A stretch of DNA of 64,000 nucleotides from an uncultured Gammaproteobacteria bacterium (lineage in GTDB: Bacteria > Pseudomonadota > Gammaproteobacteria > Pseudomonadales > JAHEGP01), in the NCBI GenBank assembly GCA_963722805.1, contig CAVROQ010000023.1, positions 8,512 to 72,511 on the forward strand, in the 5' to 3' direction. Below, one piece after another: positions 1 to 9,895 of the stretch (within the stretch, counting starts at the first letter, position 1; each line of letters starts with the position of its first letter). Below the pieces are notes generated by a model. It saw only the letters and a list, made by a program, of their open reading frames with translations, did no database searches and was not told the DNA's origin. The position numbers were made by a program, and so were the translations under genes.

Positions 1-1367
1 GCACCTCTATTGTCTCGGCTTACAAGCAGGGTCAAACCGTCGATTGCCTGCACGATCACCTGGTCGTTTGGCGACAGTTGGTCGGCGCAGCTTACCTGCC
101 ACAATTCACCGTCCAATCGAACCCAGGTAATATCTCCCTCGTCTTCGACAGACTCCACCGTGGCACGGGCACCGAGCAAGTGATCGAGGCCAGTAACCAC
201 TGCCTGATGGCGGGCGCGTATGATCATACCCAGCACAAATACCAGCATACCGATGCTAAATGCTGCGAAACCTGCGATCATCGGCATGGCTATCTGGTAA
301 CCCGGCAGTTCGGTATCCATCAGCATGATGGAACCGACGATAAAAGCCGCGATTCCCCCCACACCCAGAATCCCGAAACTGGGGGCGAACGCCTCCGCGG
401 TCATCAGTACGATGCCCAACAACAGCAGGCCAAGACCCGCATAGCTGATCGGCAACACGGAAAAAGCATAGAGCGCCAGCAGCAGGCATACCGCACCAAG
501 CACCCCGGGAAGCCCAAAGCCGGGGATATAGAATTCGATAATGAGACCATAGATCCCTATCATCATCAGCACATAAGCGATATTGGGGTCGGTTATTACC
601 GCAAGAAACTCACTGCGCCAATCTACAGTGTGAGTGTGGATTACAAGGTCCTGCGTCTCCAGAGTCCGGGTGCCCCCACCGACCGTCACCTCTCGCCCGT
701 CGATCTGCCGCATCAGCCCATCGACCGAGCTTGCCACAATGTCGATGACACCAATTTGCAAGGCATCATTCGCCGACAGGCTGGCACCCTCGCGGACGGC
801 TTGCACCGCCCACTCGGCATTGCGCCCGCGCAACTGGGCCAGGCTTTCAATATAGGCGGCGGCATCATTGACCAATTTACGCTGCAGGCTGGTTTCGCCA
901 GCCGGGGCAGAACCACCATCTTCTGATTGGGGGCTACTTTCCTCGCCGGGTTCACCCTGGGAGCCGATCTGTACCGGTGTGGCGGCTCCGAGGTTGGTGC
1001 CTGGCGCCATCGCGGCTATGTGGGTCGCATAGAGAATATAGGTGCCCGCGCTGGCCGCCCGTGCCCCACTGGGCGCAACATAACCAACAATGGGAATGTC
1101 TGCTGCCAGAATGGCCTTGATCATTTCCCGCATGGCAAGATCCAGTCCGCCGGGCGTATCAATGCGCAACACCAGTAACTCTGCCTGCGCAGCTTCTGCC
1201 GCCGACAGACCGCGTATGAAGTGGTCTGAGGTGGCCGGGCCAATAGCACCTTCAACGTCAATCAGCCATGCCTCCGCCCGGGTATGACCTGATGCCAGGG
1301 CAAAGCAAACCCCACACAGGCAGGCCTGTAACAAGTTGACGAGCTGTCTCCCGTTGATCGAGCGCAT
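1..1367 (-). CDS. NfeD-family membrane-bound serine protease (ClpP class); the 3' end runs off the window start
   Basis: Absent from the ORF track because no stop lies inside the window. My reverse-strand translation from the ATG (CAT at 1365-1367) gives 455 open codons starting MRSINGRQLV. It has a ClpP-like region (LRIDTPGGL, ARAASAGTYILYA), four hydrophobic helices and a C-terminal NfeD-type segment (GDITWVRLDGELWQV). The + ORF 78..926 is its antisense shadow. Confidence 0.8.
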   Translation of the reverse strand, partial: MRSINGRQLVNLLQACLCGVCFALASGHTRAEAWLIDVEGAIGPATSDHFIRGLSAAEAAQAELLVLRIDTPGGLDLAMREMIKAILAADIPIVGYVAPSGARAASAGTYILYATHIAAMAPGTNLGAATPVQIGSQGEPGEESSPQSEDGGSAPAGETSLQRKLVNDAAAYIESLAQLRGRNAEWAVQAVREGASLSANDALQIGVIDIVASSVDGLMRQIDGREVTVGGGTRTLETQDLVIHTHTVDWRSEFLAVITDPNIAYVLMMIGIYGLIIEFYIPGFGLPGVLGAVCLLLALYAFSVLPISYAGLGLLLLGIVLMTAEAFAPSFGILGVGGIAAFIVGSIMLMDTELPGYQIAMPMIAGFAAFSIGMLVFVLGMIIRARHQAVVTGLDHLLGARATVESVEDEGDITWVRLDGELWQVSCADQLSPNDQVIVQAIDGLTLLVSRDNRG

Positions 1368-1774
1368 GCTTCATTGTATTGCAAACGCGGCGCCGAATAT
1401 ATCCAATCCCCACTTTTTACAGGGCCTTATTCAGGGCCGCGTTTGCAGCTCACGCAATCTCAACTCCCCTGGCCGTCGGACGGGGCTTTGAAGCTGGCAT
1501 TCTGATCAAGCGGATTTACGCCCTCCCCAATGACCGGGACCAGTTACCCAAAATTGACTTTTCCCGGACGCAGAAGTTGGCTGGCGATGCTTACAGATTT
1601 GCTGACTATTATCATCTGAATTAAAGAAGCGATCGTAGGACTTCGCACTGCAAGTGAATTTTTTGTATAGCCCTTTTCGTGTCCAATTGGTGTATAACGG
1701 TAAAGCTCACGACCAGATGAACTTATAACGATAACTGCATCATCCCCAGGCTCACTGCCAGACGCGAGGTCACC

Positions 1775-2638
1775 ATGATTCCAGCGCAATTTGAATATTA
1801 CAAGGCCACCAGTATCCAGGACGCCATTGCCCAACTCGGCGCACATGAAGAATCAAAATTATTGGCGGGCGGGCACAGCCTCCTGCCAATGATGAAACTG
1901 CGCTTCGCCGAGCCACCCTACTTGATCGATATTAATGGCATCGAGGAGCTCAGGGGCGTACGTCTCGAGGGCGAAACTATATGTATAGGTGCCATGACAA
2001 CCGAAAATGAGTTGATTCAATCCGAGATTCTGCAGCAGCACTGCCCTTTGCTGGTGGAAGCCGCCAGGTTGGTGGCAGATCCCCAGGTAAGAAATCGCGG
2101 CACCATTGGCGGAGACGTTGCCCACGGTGACCCGGGCAATGATCACCCGGCGGTAATGTTGGCGCTGGATGCAACTTTAGTACTACAGGGCCCGGACGGC
2201 GAGCGACAGGCGCCGGCTAACGGCTTCTTTTTAGGCACCTACTGGAACGATTTGCAGGAGCACGAAATCCTGGTTGAGCTGCGCATACCCGCCATCAAAC
2301 CCGGGGTTGGTCATGGCTATCACAAACTGAAGCGCAAAACCGGTGACTATGCCGTCGCCGCCTCGCCGGTCGTGGTTGAACTGGACGGAGACATCTGTCG
2401 CGATATCAGAATCGCTTTGACCAACGTCGCACCGATGGCGATTCGAGCCGAAGCGGCGGAGAACATACTGCGCGGTAAGGTCATTGATGAGGCGCTTATC
2501 GAGCAGGCAGCGCGCGAAGTCATCACCGCCTGTGAACCCGCAGAAGACCTCAGGGGCGACGCCCTTTACAAGTCAAACATGGCGGCCGAGATGGCTCGTC
2601 GCTCGATTCGCGCTGCACTCCAACAGGCAAGGGGATAA
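1775..2638 (+). CDS. coxM: CO dehydrogenase medium (FAD-binding) subunit CoxM
   Basis: 287 aa. N-terminus [33 protein letters not shown] is typical of the FAD-binding subunits of molybdenum hydroxylases. GAGGT RBS before the ATG. First gene of an M-S-L arrangement. Confidence 0.9.
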   Translation: MIPAQFEYYKATSIQDAIAQLGAHEESKLLAGGHSLLPMMKLRFAEPPYLIDINGIEELRGVRLEGETICIGAMTTENELIQSEILQQHCPLLVEAARLVADPQVRNRGTIGGDVAHGDPGNDHPAVMLALDATLVLQGPDGERQAPANGFFLGTYWNDLQEHEILVELRIPAIKPGVGHGYHKLKRKTGDYAVAASPVVVELDGDICRDIRIALTNVAPMAIRAEAAENILRGKVIDEALIEQAAREVITACEPAEDLRGDALYKSNMAAEMARRSIRAALQQARG

Positions 2639-2642
2639 CATC

Positions 2643-3119
2643 ATGGCCAAGCAACACGTTGCATTCAAACTCAATGGCAAACAGGTTGACGTTTTGGTGG
2701 AACCCAGGGAGTTACTGGTGCATACCATCCGCGAGACTCTCAGCCTCACCGGCACCCACATCGGCTGCGAAAGCTCGCACTGCGGCGCCTGCACGGTCGA
2801 CCTGGATGGCAAGTCGGTCAAGTCTTGTACTGTGCTAGCCGTGCAGGCAAACGGCTCGGAGCTGAAGACCGTGGAAGGGCTGGCAGATGCCGATGGCCTG
2901 CACGCAGTGCAGCAGGCTTTCATTCAGGAGCATGGCTTGCAATGCGGATTCTGCACTCCCGGGATGCTGATCAGGGCCTATCGCTTTTTGCAGGAAAACC
3001 CCAACCCTACCGAGGAAGAAATTCGCTGGGGGATGTCGGGCAACCTGTGCCGCTGTACCGGCTACCAGAACATTGTCAAGGCGGTACAGTCCGCCGCTCA
3101 AACGCTACAAAAAGCCTGA
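2643..3119 (+). CDS. coxS: CO dehydrogenase small (2x[2Fe-2S]) subunit CoxS
   Basis: Internal ATG at 2643 of ORF 2484..3119 ([13 protein letters not shown]). Cys motifs [11 protein letters not shown] and CGFCTPG..CRCTGY are present. Starts 5 nt after the coxM stop. Confidence 0.92.
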   Translation: MAKQHVAFKLNGKQVDVLVEPRELLVHTIRETLSLTGTHIGCESSHCGACTVDLDGKSVKSCTVLAVQANGSELKTVEGLADADGLHAVQQAFIQEHGLQCGFCTPGMLIRAYRFLQENPNPTEEEIRWGMSGNLCRCTGYQNIVKAVQSAAQTLQKA

Positions 3120-3129
3120 GGTGATCGCC

Positions 3130-5535
3130 ATGGACAATACCACTGAACAACAGGAACGCGAAGATACACTCAAGGGCGTCGGCTGCTCACGCAAGCGCAA
3201 AGAGGACGCTCGTTTCGTGCAGGGCACCGGCCGCTATACCGATGACATCAAAGTGCCCGGTATGTTGTTCGCCGACATGGTGCGCAGCCCTTACGCCCAT
3301 GCCCGCATAAAAAGTATCAACAAGGAAAAGGCGCTGGCACTGCCGGGCGTTCATGCGGTGCTGACCGCCGACGATCTGAAGCCGCTGAATTTACACTGGA
3401 TGCCAACCCTGGCTGGCGACGTACAAGCGGTGCTGGCAGACGAGAAGGTGCATTTCCAGTATCAGGAAGTTGCCGTGGTAATAGCTGACGACCGCTACAT
3501 TGCGGCCGATGCCACTGAACTGGTTGAGGTCGAATACGAGGAGCTGGAAGTACTGGTCGACCCGCACCGGGCGATGGATGCCGATGCCCCCGTGTTGCGC
3601 GAGGACCTGGCGGGGAAAATGGACGGCGCTCACAGCAAGCGGGTGCATGACAACCATATCTTTAACTGGCAAGCCGGCGAAAAAGACGCCACCGACCGGG
3701 TATTCGAGCAGGCCGAGGTCACGGTCAAACAGGATATGTACTATCCCAGAGTACACCCATGCCCCATGGAGACCTGCGGTTGCGTTGCCTCGTACGACAA
3801 AATTAACGAGCACCTCACCGTACACCTTACCTCCCAGGCACCACATGTGGTAAGGACCGTGGTATCCATGTTGTCCGGGATACCTGAAAGCAGGGTGCGC
3901 ATTGTGTCTCCCGATATTGGTGGCGGTTTTGGCAACAAGGTTGGCATATACCCCGGCTACGTCGTCTCCATTGTGGCTTCCATAGTGCTGGGCGTACCGG
4001 TGAAATGGGTGGAGGACCGGATGGAAAATATTTCCACTACCGCTTTCGCCCGGGATTACCATATGACCGGGGAGATTGCTGCTGACCGCGAGGGACGCAT
4101 CAAGGCCCTTCGCGTCAACGTGCTGGCCGACCATGGGGCCTTTGACGCCTGTGCCGACCCCTCCAAGTTTCCCGCAGGACTCATGCATATCTGCACTGGC
4201 TCCTACGATGTTCCGGTGGCTCACCTCAATGTCGATGGGGTTTATACCAACAAGGCCCCCGGCGGGGTCGCCTACCGCTGTTCTTTCCGGGTAACGGAAG
4301 CCGTGTATGTTATAGAGCGGACCATGGACGTACTGGCACAGAAGCTCGGGATCGATAAAGCAGAGATCAGGCGGCGCAATTTCGTCAAAGTTGAGCAGTT
4401 TCCCTACAAGACATGTCTCGGCTGGGAACTGGACAGCGGTGATTACCACACGGCGCTCGAAAAAGTCCTCAACGCCGTGAATTATGACGCGCTGCGCAAG
4501 GAACAGCAGGAAAAGCGGGCACAAGGCGAGCTGATGGGCATCGGCCTGTGCACGTTTACCGAGATCGTGGGTGCAGGACCGTCCCGCAATTGTGACATTC
4601 TTGGGGTCGGCATGTTTGACAGCGCTGAAATTCGGGTGCATCCCACGGGCAGTATCATGGCCCGGATGGGCACCATTACCCAGGGCCAGGGCCACCAAAC
4701 GACTTATGCGCAAATTATCGCCAGCGAGCTGGGCATTTCGTCGGATGATATTTCGATCGAAGAAGGTGACACCGACACGGCGCCCTACGGCCTCGGAACT
4801 TACGGTTCAAGATCTACCCCGGTGGGGGGAGCCGCTACTGCGGTCGCGGCACGTAAAATTCGTGCCAAGGCCCAGAAAATTGCGGCACACCTACTCGAGG
4901 TCAGTGAAAACGACATCGAATGGGACATCGATCGTTTTAAAGTCAAAGGTGTTCCCGGCCAGGAAAAAACCATGAAAGAAGTGGCCTGGGCGGCCTACAA
5001 CAACGTACCTGAGGGTATGGAACCTGGCCTGGAAGCCGTTGATTACTATGATCCGCCTAACTTTACCTACCCGTTTGGTATTTATCTGTGCGTGTTGGAC
5101 ATCGACAAAAGCACGGGAGAGACGAAGGTGCGCAGATTTTATGCACTGGACGATTGCGGCACCCGGATTAACCCCATGATTATTGAAGGCCAGATACACG
5201 GGGGACTGACCGAGGGTTTTGCCGTTGCCATGGGACAGGAGATGCCTTTCGACGAGCAGGGCAATCTGCTGGGCAATACCCTGATGGATTACTTCGTGCC
5301 AACCTTCGTCGAGACACCCCACTGGGAGACCGACTACACCGTAACCCCGTCACCGCATCATCCGCTGGGCGCCAAGGGGGTTGCAGAATCTCCCCATGTA
5401 GGGAGTATCCCGTGCTTTACCTCTGCTATTGTCGACGCCTTCTCGCACCTTGATGTAACCCATATGAATATGCCGCATAGTGCCTATCGCGTGTGGCAGA
5501 AAGTGCATGAGCTGGGGCTGGACTCACGTGCCTGA
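3130..5535 (+). CDS. coxL: CO dehydrogenase large (Mo-Cu) subunit CoxL, form I
   Basis: Start ATG at 3130 after a GAGGTGA RBS. 801 aa molybdopterin-binding hydroxylase. The form I active-site loop VAYRCSFR is encoded at 4267-4290. Confidence 0.92.
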   Translation: MDNTTEQQEREDTLKGVGCSRKRKEDARFVQGTGRYTDDIKVPGMLFADMVRSPYAHARIKSINKEKALALPGVHAVLTADDLKPLNLHWMPTLAGDVQAVLADEKVHFQYQEVAVVIADDRYIAADATELVEVEYEELEVLVDPHRAMDADAPVLREDLAGKMDGAHSKRVHDNHIFNWQAGEKDATDRVFEQAEVTVKQDMYYPRVHPCPMETCGCVASYDKINEHLTVHLTSQAPHVVRTVVSMLSGIPESRVRIVSPDIGGGFGNKVGIYPGYVVSIVASIVLGVPVKWVEDRMENISTTAFARDYHMTGEIAADREGRIKALRVNVLADHGAFDACADPSKFPAGLMHICTGSYDVPVAHLNVDGVYTNKAPGGVAYRCSFRVTEAVYVIERTMDVLAQKLGIDKAEIRRRNFVKVEQFPYKTCLGWELDSGDYHTALEKVLNAVNYDALRKEQQEKRAQGELMGIGLCTFTEIVGAGPSRNCDILGVGMFDSAEIRVHPTGSIMARMGTITQGQGHQTTYAQIIASELGISSDDISIEEGDTDTAPYGLGTYGSRSTPVGGAATAVAARKIRAKAQKIAAHLLEVSENDIEWDIDRFKVKGVPGQEKTMKEVAWAAYNNVPEGMEPGLEAVDYYDPPNFTYPFGIYLCVLDIDKSTGETKVRRFYALDDCGTRINPMIIEGQIHGGLTEGFAVAMGQEMPFDEQGNLLGNTLMDYFVPTFVETPHWETDYTVTPSPHHPLGAKGVAESPHVGSIPCFTSAIVDAFSHLDVTHMNMPHSAYRVWQKVHELGLDSRA

Positions 5536-5601
5536 TCATTCCCCGAAGGTCATGCGAGCGATACGTTTGCAAGCCACTCTTTTTGCCCTGGAGATACCTA
5601 G

Positions 5602-6183
5602 ATGCAAGTCGATTTAGAAAAACAATTTGAGTTGCCCGGAACGGCTGTAAAGGGGTGGGAATTCCTGCAGGATATCCCCGCCGTTGCCAGCTGCATGCCG
5701 GGCGCCGAAATTACCGAGGTAGTCGATCAAAGTAACTACAAGGGTAAGGTGAAAATGAAAATTGGCCCCGCTGTCATGGCCTTCAACGGCGATATCGTGG
5801 TTAACAATGTGGATGCGCAGAAGCGGGAACTCAACCTGGTGGGCAAGGGCCAGGATACCAAGGGCACCTCCTCTGCCTCAATGGATCTCACCGCCTGGAT
5901 CATTGAAACCGAACCCGGGAAAAGCGCCCTCAAGGGAAATGCCACCGTGAAGATGACCGGCAAAGCTGCCAGCATGGGGGGGCGCATGATGACCCAGGTT
6001 GCAGATCAGATCCTGAATCAGTTTGGGGCCAATTTTGCCGATCATATTGCAGCCCAGGGTGAAGGCCAGCAGGCCGAGGAGGCACGCGAACACATCGCCG
6101 AACAGCCTCAGGAAATCAACGGACTGAAGTTCGCCTGGACGGTCTTCATCAACTGGCTGAAGAGCCTTTTGGGCAGAAAGTGA
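5602..6183 (+). CDS. coxG: CoxG-like SRPBCC-family CO dehydrogenase accessory subunit
   Basis: 193 aa. The N-terminal ~150 aa resemble CoxG (MQVDLEKQFELPG..CMPGAEI..GKVKMKIGPA..F.G). Located directly after coxL. Confidence 0.8.
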   Translation: MQVDLEKQFELPGTAVKGWEFLQDIPAVASCMPGAEITEVVDQSNYKGKVKMKIGPAVMAFNGDIVVNNVDAQKRELNLVGKGQDTKGTSSASMDLTAWIIETEPGKSALKGNATVKMTGKAASMGGRMMTQVADQILNQFGANFADHIAAQGEGQQAEEAREHIAEQPQEINGLKFAWTVFINWLKSLLGRK

Positions 6184-6226
6184 AGCGGGGCTCTTACCGG
6201 GCGCCGGGCTGAAAGGACAGCGAACT

Positions 6227-7114
6227 ATGGGAGGAGAGAACCGGGTTACCGCACTCCAGGCCAGGCTGGCTGAGGCAGGTTACATTGCCGAACGCAGCCT
6301 GAGCGCCAGCCTTCTATTGTTTACCGAAATGCAACGGCCACTGCTGCTGGAAGGTGACGCTGGCGTCGGAAAAACCGAAATCGCCCACGTTATAGCGCAA
6401 GTGTTCGACTGTCCCCTGATCAGGCTGCAGTGTTACGAGGGACTGGATGTCAATTCGGCGGTGTACGAGTGGAACTATCAGCACCAGTTACTTGCCATTA
6501 AATTGCTGGAGCGCGACCACGGCCTGGACAGCGATGCCGAGCAGGCCATCTTCAGTAAACGCTTTCTGCTGGAAAGGCCGTTGCTGGCTGCCATCACCCA
6601 AACGCGATCCCCGGTCTTGTTGATCGATGAAATTGATCGTGCCGACGAAGAGTTCGAAGCCTACTTGCTGGAACTACTGTCGGATTTCCAGGTTAGCATT
6701 CCTGAGCTTGGAACCATTACCGCGACCAGCAAACCCTATGTTGTGATAACGTCCAACGGCACCCGTGAACTCAGTGACGCCTTGCGCCGACGCTGTTTTT
6801 ATCACTATGTGGACTATCCCGAATTCGACAAGGAACTGCGCATAGTCAACGCCCGCCTGCCTGAGATTGGCCTGCAACTATCCCGTCAGGTAGTAGCCTT
6901 TGTGCAGGACCTGCGGAAACTTGACTTGCGAAAAAAGCCCGGGGTTGCCGAAACTCTGGATTGGGCCGCCGCCTTGTTCAAACTGGGCATTAACAGCCTG
7001 GATTCTGAGCCGCAGTTGCTCCTGGACACTCTGGTGTGTTTGCTGAAAACACGCGAGGATAGCGCCAGATTGGAAGCCTTTGAAGTTGAGCGGCTAGTGG
7101 CGCGTGCCTTGTGA
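6227..7114 (+). CDS. coxD: MoxR-type AAA+ ATPase CoxD
   Basis: 295 aa. Walker A GDAGVGKT, Walker B LLIDEIDRA, and MoxR-like architecture. Its position matches coxD in cox clusters. Confidence 0.8.
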   Translation: MGGENRVTALQARLAEAGYIAERSLSASLLLFTEMQRPLLLEGDAGVGKTEIAHVIAQVFDCPLIRLQCYEGLDVNSAVYEWNYQHQLLAIKLLERDHGLDSDAEQAIFSKRFLLERPLLAAITQTRSPVLLIDEIDRADEEFEAYLLELLSDFQVSIPELGTITATSKPYVVITSNGTRELSDALRRRCFYHYVDYPEFDKELRIVNARLPEIGLQLSRQVVAFVQDLRKLDLRKKPGVAETLDWAAALFKLGINSLDSEPQLLLDTLVCLLKTREDSARLEAFEVERLVARAL

Positions 7115-8307
7115 ACACTGACGCCCTGCCAACGCTGGACCAACAGCAAATCGCACATTTTTTACAAACCCGGTTGGTCGAATTTGTCCGCCTGGCTCGC
7201 AGCAACAACTTTCGAATCGGCGTAGCCGAGGAGCTGGACGCCCAGAATGTCGCGCTAAACTGCGGGCTGGGTGATAGCACTCGCCTGCGATGGGGCTTGC
7301 GAGCGTTGCTCTGTTCCGACCAGGACGACTGGGAGCGTTTTGACGAGCTGTATGATGCCTATTGGTACCCGACCAATGTGAAAAGTCGGTATAGCGCCGC
7401 GACCGGCGGCCTCGCGAAAAAACGACCCGAGGCGCAGAGCTCTGCTGACGAGTCGCGCCAGCAAGCCTTGCGTCACACCGATGCCGACAGCCAATGCAGT
7501 GATGATTCTGATGAAGCCACCGACGGTGAAGGTACCCGCGAGGGTGCCAGCTTCACTGCCACCCTTGCAAAAATGGATTTTCAGGCACTCACCGACCCGG
7601 ATGAAATGCGAGCCGTTGAGGCACTGGTCGATCGCCTGGCAAGACAGATGCGCAAGCGAGCCATCCGCAGGCAACGCATCAGCAAAACCGGCCATCAGAT
7701 ACACCTCCGTAAAACGCTGCGGGACAGTATTCGCTTTGGCGGCACACCGCTTGTGTTGCATTACCGGCAGCGCATCAAGCGTCAGCCCCGGCTGGTCCTT
7801 ATTGTGGACGTCAGCCGATCGATGTCGATGTACAGTTTCTTCTTTCTCCGCTTCGCCCGGGCACTGGTCTGTGTTTTTCGTGACGTCTCGGTTTTTGCCT
7901 ACCATACCCAGTTGCTACCCATCACCGAGGCCTTGCGTCAAACCGATTTGATCCGCGTCCGCAACAGTCTGGCGATGGCCTCTCAAGGCTGGTCAGGCGG
8001 CACCCGAATTGGCGAGAGCCTTGCAACTTTCAACAACAAATACGCTCAAATGTTAAACAGTCGCAGTATTACTGTCATTGTCAGTGATGGCCTGGACACC
8101 GGTGATCCCGACTATCTTGCCGAGCAGCTGGGGCGGATCAAGCCACGCTGTCACAAGTTGATATGGCTGAATCCGTTACTCGGGCGCAGTGGCTACGAGC
8201 CTGTCAGCCAGGGCATGCAGGCCGCGCTGCCCTATCTGGACCTGTTCGCGCCGGCACACAATCTCAGTAGCTTGCAGGCTCTGGAGCCGGCACTGACCAG
8301 GCTATGA
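7111..8307 (+). CDS. coxE: VWA-domain protein CoxE
   Basis: 398 aa. GTG start overlaps the coxD stop (GTGA). The C-terminal von Willebrand A domain carries a MIDAS-like motif, LVLIVDVSRSMS. Confidence 0.75.
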   Translation: MNTDALPTLDQQQIAHFLQTRLVEFVRLARSNNFRIGVAEELDAQNVALNCGLGDSTRLRWGLRALLCSDQDDWERFDELYDAYWYPTNVKSRYSAATGGLAKKRPEAQSSADESRQQALRHTDADSQCSDDSDEATDGEGTREGASFTATLAKMDFQALTDPDEMRAVEALVDRLARQMRKRAIRRQRISKTGHQIHLRKTLRDSIRFGGTPLVLHYRQRIKRQPRLVLIVDVSRSMSMYSFFFLRFARALVCVFRDVSVFAYHTQLLPITEALRQTDLIRVRNSLAMASQGWSGGTRIGESLATFNNKYAQMLNSRSITVIVSDGLDTGDPDYLAEQLGRIKPRCHKLIWLNPLLGRSGYEPVSQGMQAALPYLDLFAPAHNLSSLQALEPALTRL

Positions 8308-8325
8308 CAGAACGAGGCTACGATC

Positions 8326-9246
8326 ATGTTTAACGACAACAGGCTCAACGACAAGGCCAGCCAGCTTGAAGCAGAACGCACACCCTATGTGCTGGCGACC
8401 GTTGTCAGTTGTAAATCGCCCACCTCGGCGCAGCCCGGCTACAAGGCATTAGTCACCACCACAGGCGATATCTACGGCTGGATCGGTGGCGGGTGCGTGC
8501 AACCGGCGGTCCTAAAAGCCGCAAGCCAGGCACTACGCGATGGCCGACCGCAGCTGATTCGCGTGAGTCCGGCGGAAGACGCTCACCCGGATGGCGATGT
8601 CGTGGGCTTTAAGTCAGCCTGTTACAGTGGAGGCACATTGGACATTTTTATTGAGCCCGTATTGTCGCGGCCTGAGCTGTTGCTATTGGGCTCATCCGAG
8701 GTGGCAAAGTCACTTGCTGCCCTCGCTCATTTTGCAGGCTTCGCCGTAACGGTTGCCTCTCCCGCAGCGGATGAGACCGGTTTCCCCTGGGCGGATCGGG
8801 TGATCAGGGGTTTCGATACCGGCAACACCCTGTTTTCGGGTGCACCGCTGGTAGTCATAGCAACCCAGGGCAAGGGTGATCAGGCCGCACTGCATGCGGC
8901 ACTTCGCGTTGACACCTATCATCGCGCTTTTATTGCCAGCACACGAAAAGCGGGCAAGTTGAAACAAATGCTGAAAGACAAAGGCCACGATCCGCAGGCT
9001 GTTGACGCCATTGTCGCACCCGCCGGTCTGGAGATTGGCGCGAGGTCTCCCGAAGAAATAGCGGTTTCGGTGCTGGCAGGCCTGGTTGCAGCACGACACC
9101 AGCAACAGACAACACCCGCGGCAGTAATGGCCTTGGATTCCACCACAACAAGGGCTACCCCGGCGACAGTCGCCGGGGTAGCGGAAACGACTGAAGCCGT
9201 CGCTGCGACAGGCGCCGGCTGCTGCGGGAGTCACAAGAGCGCATGA
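8326..9246 (+). CDS. XdhC/CoxF-family molybdenum cofactor insertion/maturation protein
   Basis: 306 aa. XdhC_CoxI N-domain (YVLATVV..S.PTSAQPGYKALV..G.IGGGCV) plus a Rossmann-like C-domain. It ends in an unusual T/A-rich tail terminating in GAGCCGSHKSA. Confidence 0.75.
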   Translation: MFNDNRLNDKASQLEAERTPYVLATVVSCKSPTSAQPGYKALVTTTGDIYGWIGGGCVQPAVLKAASQALRDGRPQLIRVSPAEDAHPDGDVVGFKSACYSGGTLDIFIEPVLSRPELLLLGSSEVAKSLAALAHFAGFAVTVASPAADETGFPWADRVIRGFDTGNTLFSGAPLVVIATQGKGDQAALHAALRVDTYHRAFIASTRKAGKLKQMLKDKGHDPQAVDAIVAPAGLEIGARSPEEIAVSVLAGLVAARHQQQTTPAAVMALDSTTTRATPATVAGVAETTEAVAATGAGCCGSHKSA

Positions 9247-9887
9247 CCCGTCCCGGCAAAAAATCCTTGTCTGCGGTGCTGCTGGCGGCGGGCGAGTCGC
9301 GCCGGATGGGCAATATCAACAAACTTTCACTGCCCATTGGGGGTATTCCCCTGTTAAGGCGCACGGCCGAGACCCTGGCTCGATCCCAGCTGGTGGAATT
9401 GGTGGTGGTGGTGGGGCACGAACAGCAAGTCGCCCGAGAGCTACTGCAGGGAATACCTGCCCGAATTGTTTACAACGAAAATTTTCGCGCTGGCCAGATG
9501 ACTTCTGTTTATCGCGGTCTTGAGGCCCTGGAAAAACCCTGTGCCGGGGTAATGATCTGCCTGTCCGACCAGGCCTTGCTCGACGTCGACGATATCCAGA
9601 CAATCGCCCGGGGCTTTCAGCTCTGCCCAACCTCGATCATGGTTCCGGTGTATGACGGCCGGCGTGGCAACCCTGTGGTACTGGATTACAGCCAGCGCGA
9701 GGCTATCCTGGCAGACAGACAAAATCTCGGCTGCAGACGCCTGATAGAGAAAAACCCCGGGCTGGTTACCACGCTGGAGATGCCCAATGATCACGTACTC
9801 GTAGACCTCGACACCCCGGAGGCCTACGCCACTGTAAGGCAGCTTCTCTCCAGGAAGAGCGCCTTGCGCGAGACTATGACTGAATAA
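9243..9887 (+). CDS. mocA: MobA-like NTP transferase, probable molybdenum cofactor cytidylyltransferase (MocA type)
   Basis: 214 aa. N-terminal LLAAGESRRMG..NKL motif. ATGA overlap with the upstream xdhC. Confidence 0.7.
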   Translation: MTRPGKKSLSAVLLAAGESRRMGNINKLSLPIGGIPLLRRTAETLARSQLVELVVVVGHEQQVARELLQGIPARIVYNENFRAGQMTSVYRGLEALEKPCAGVMICLSDQALLDVDDIQTIARGFQLCPTSIMVPVYDGRRGNPVVLDYSQREAILADRQNLGCRRLIEKNPGLVTTLEMPNDHVLVDLDTPEAYATVRQLLSRKSALRETMTE

Positions 9888-9895
9888 ACAAACCT

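Noticed and set aside
78-926. 282-aa + strand ORF at the window start
   Set aside because: Its composition is His/Gln/Arg-rich and not protein-like. It is the antisense shadow of the minus-strand NfeD gene, which translates cleanly for 455 codons.
3391-4713. 440-aa minus-strand ORF inside coxL
   Set aside because: It is antisense to a strongly conserved CoxL coding frame. The translation is low-complexity with no motifs, typical of long antisense ORFs in GC-rich DNA.
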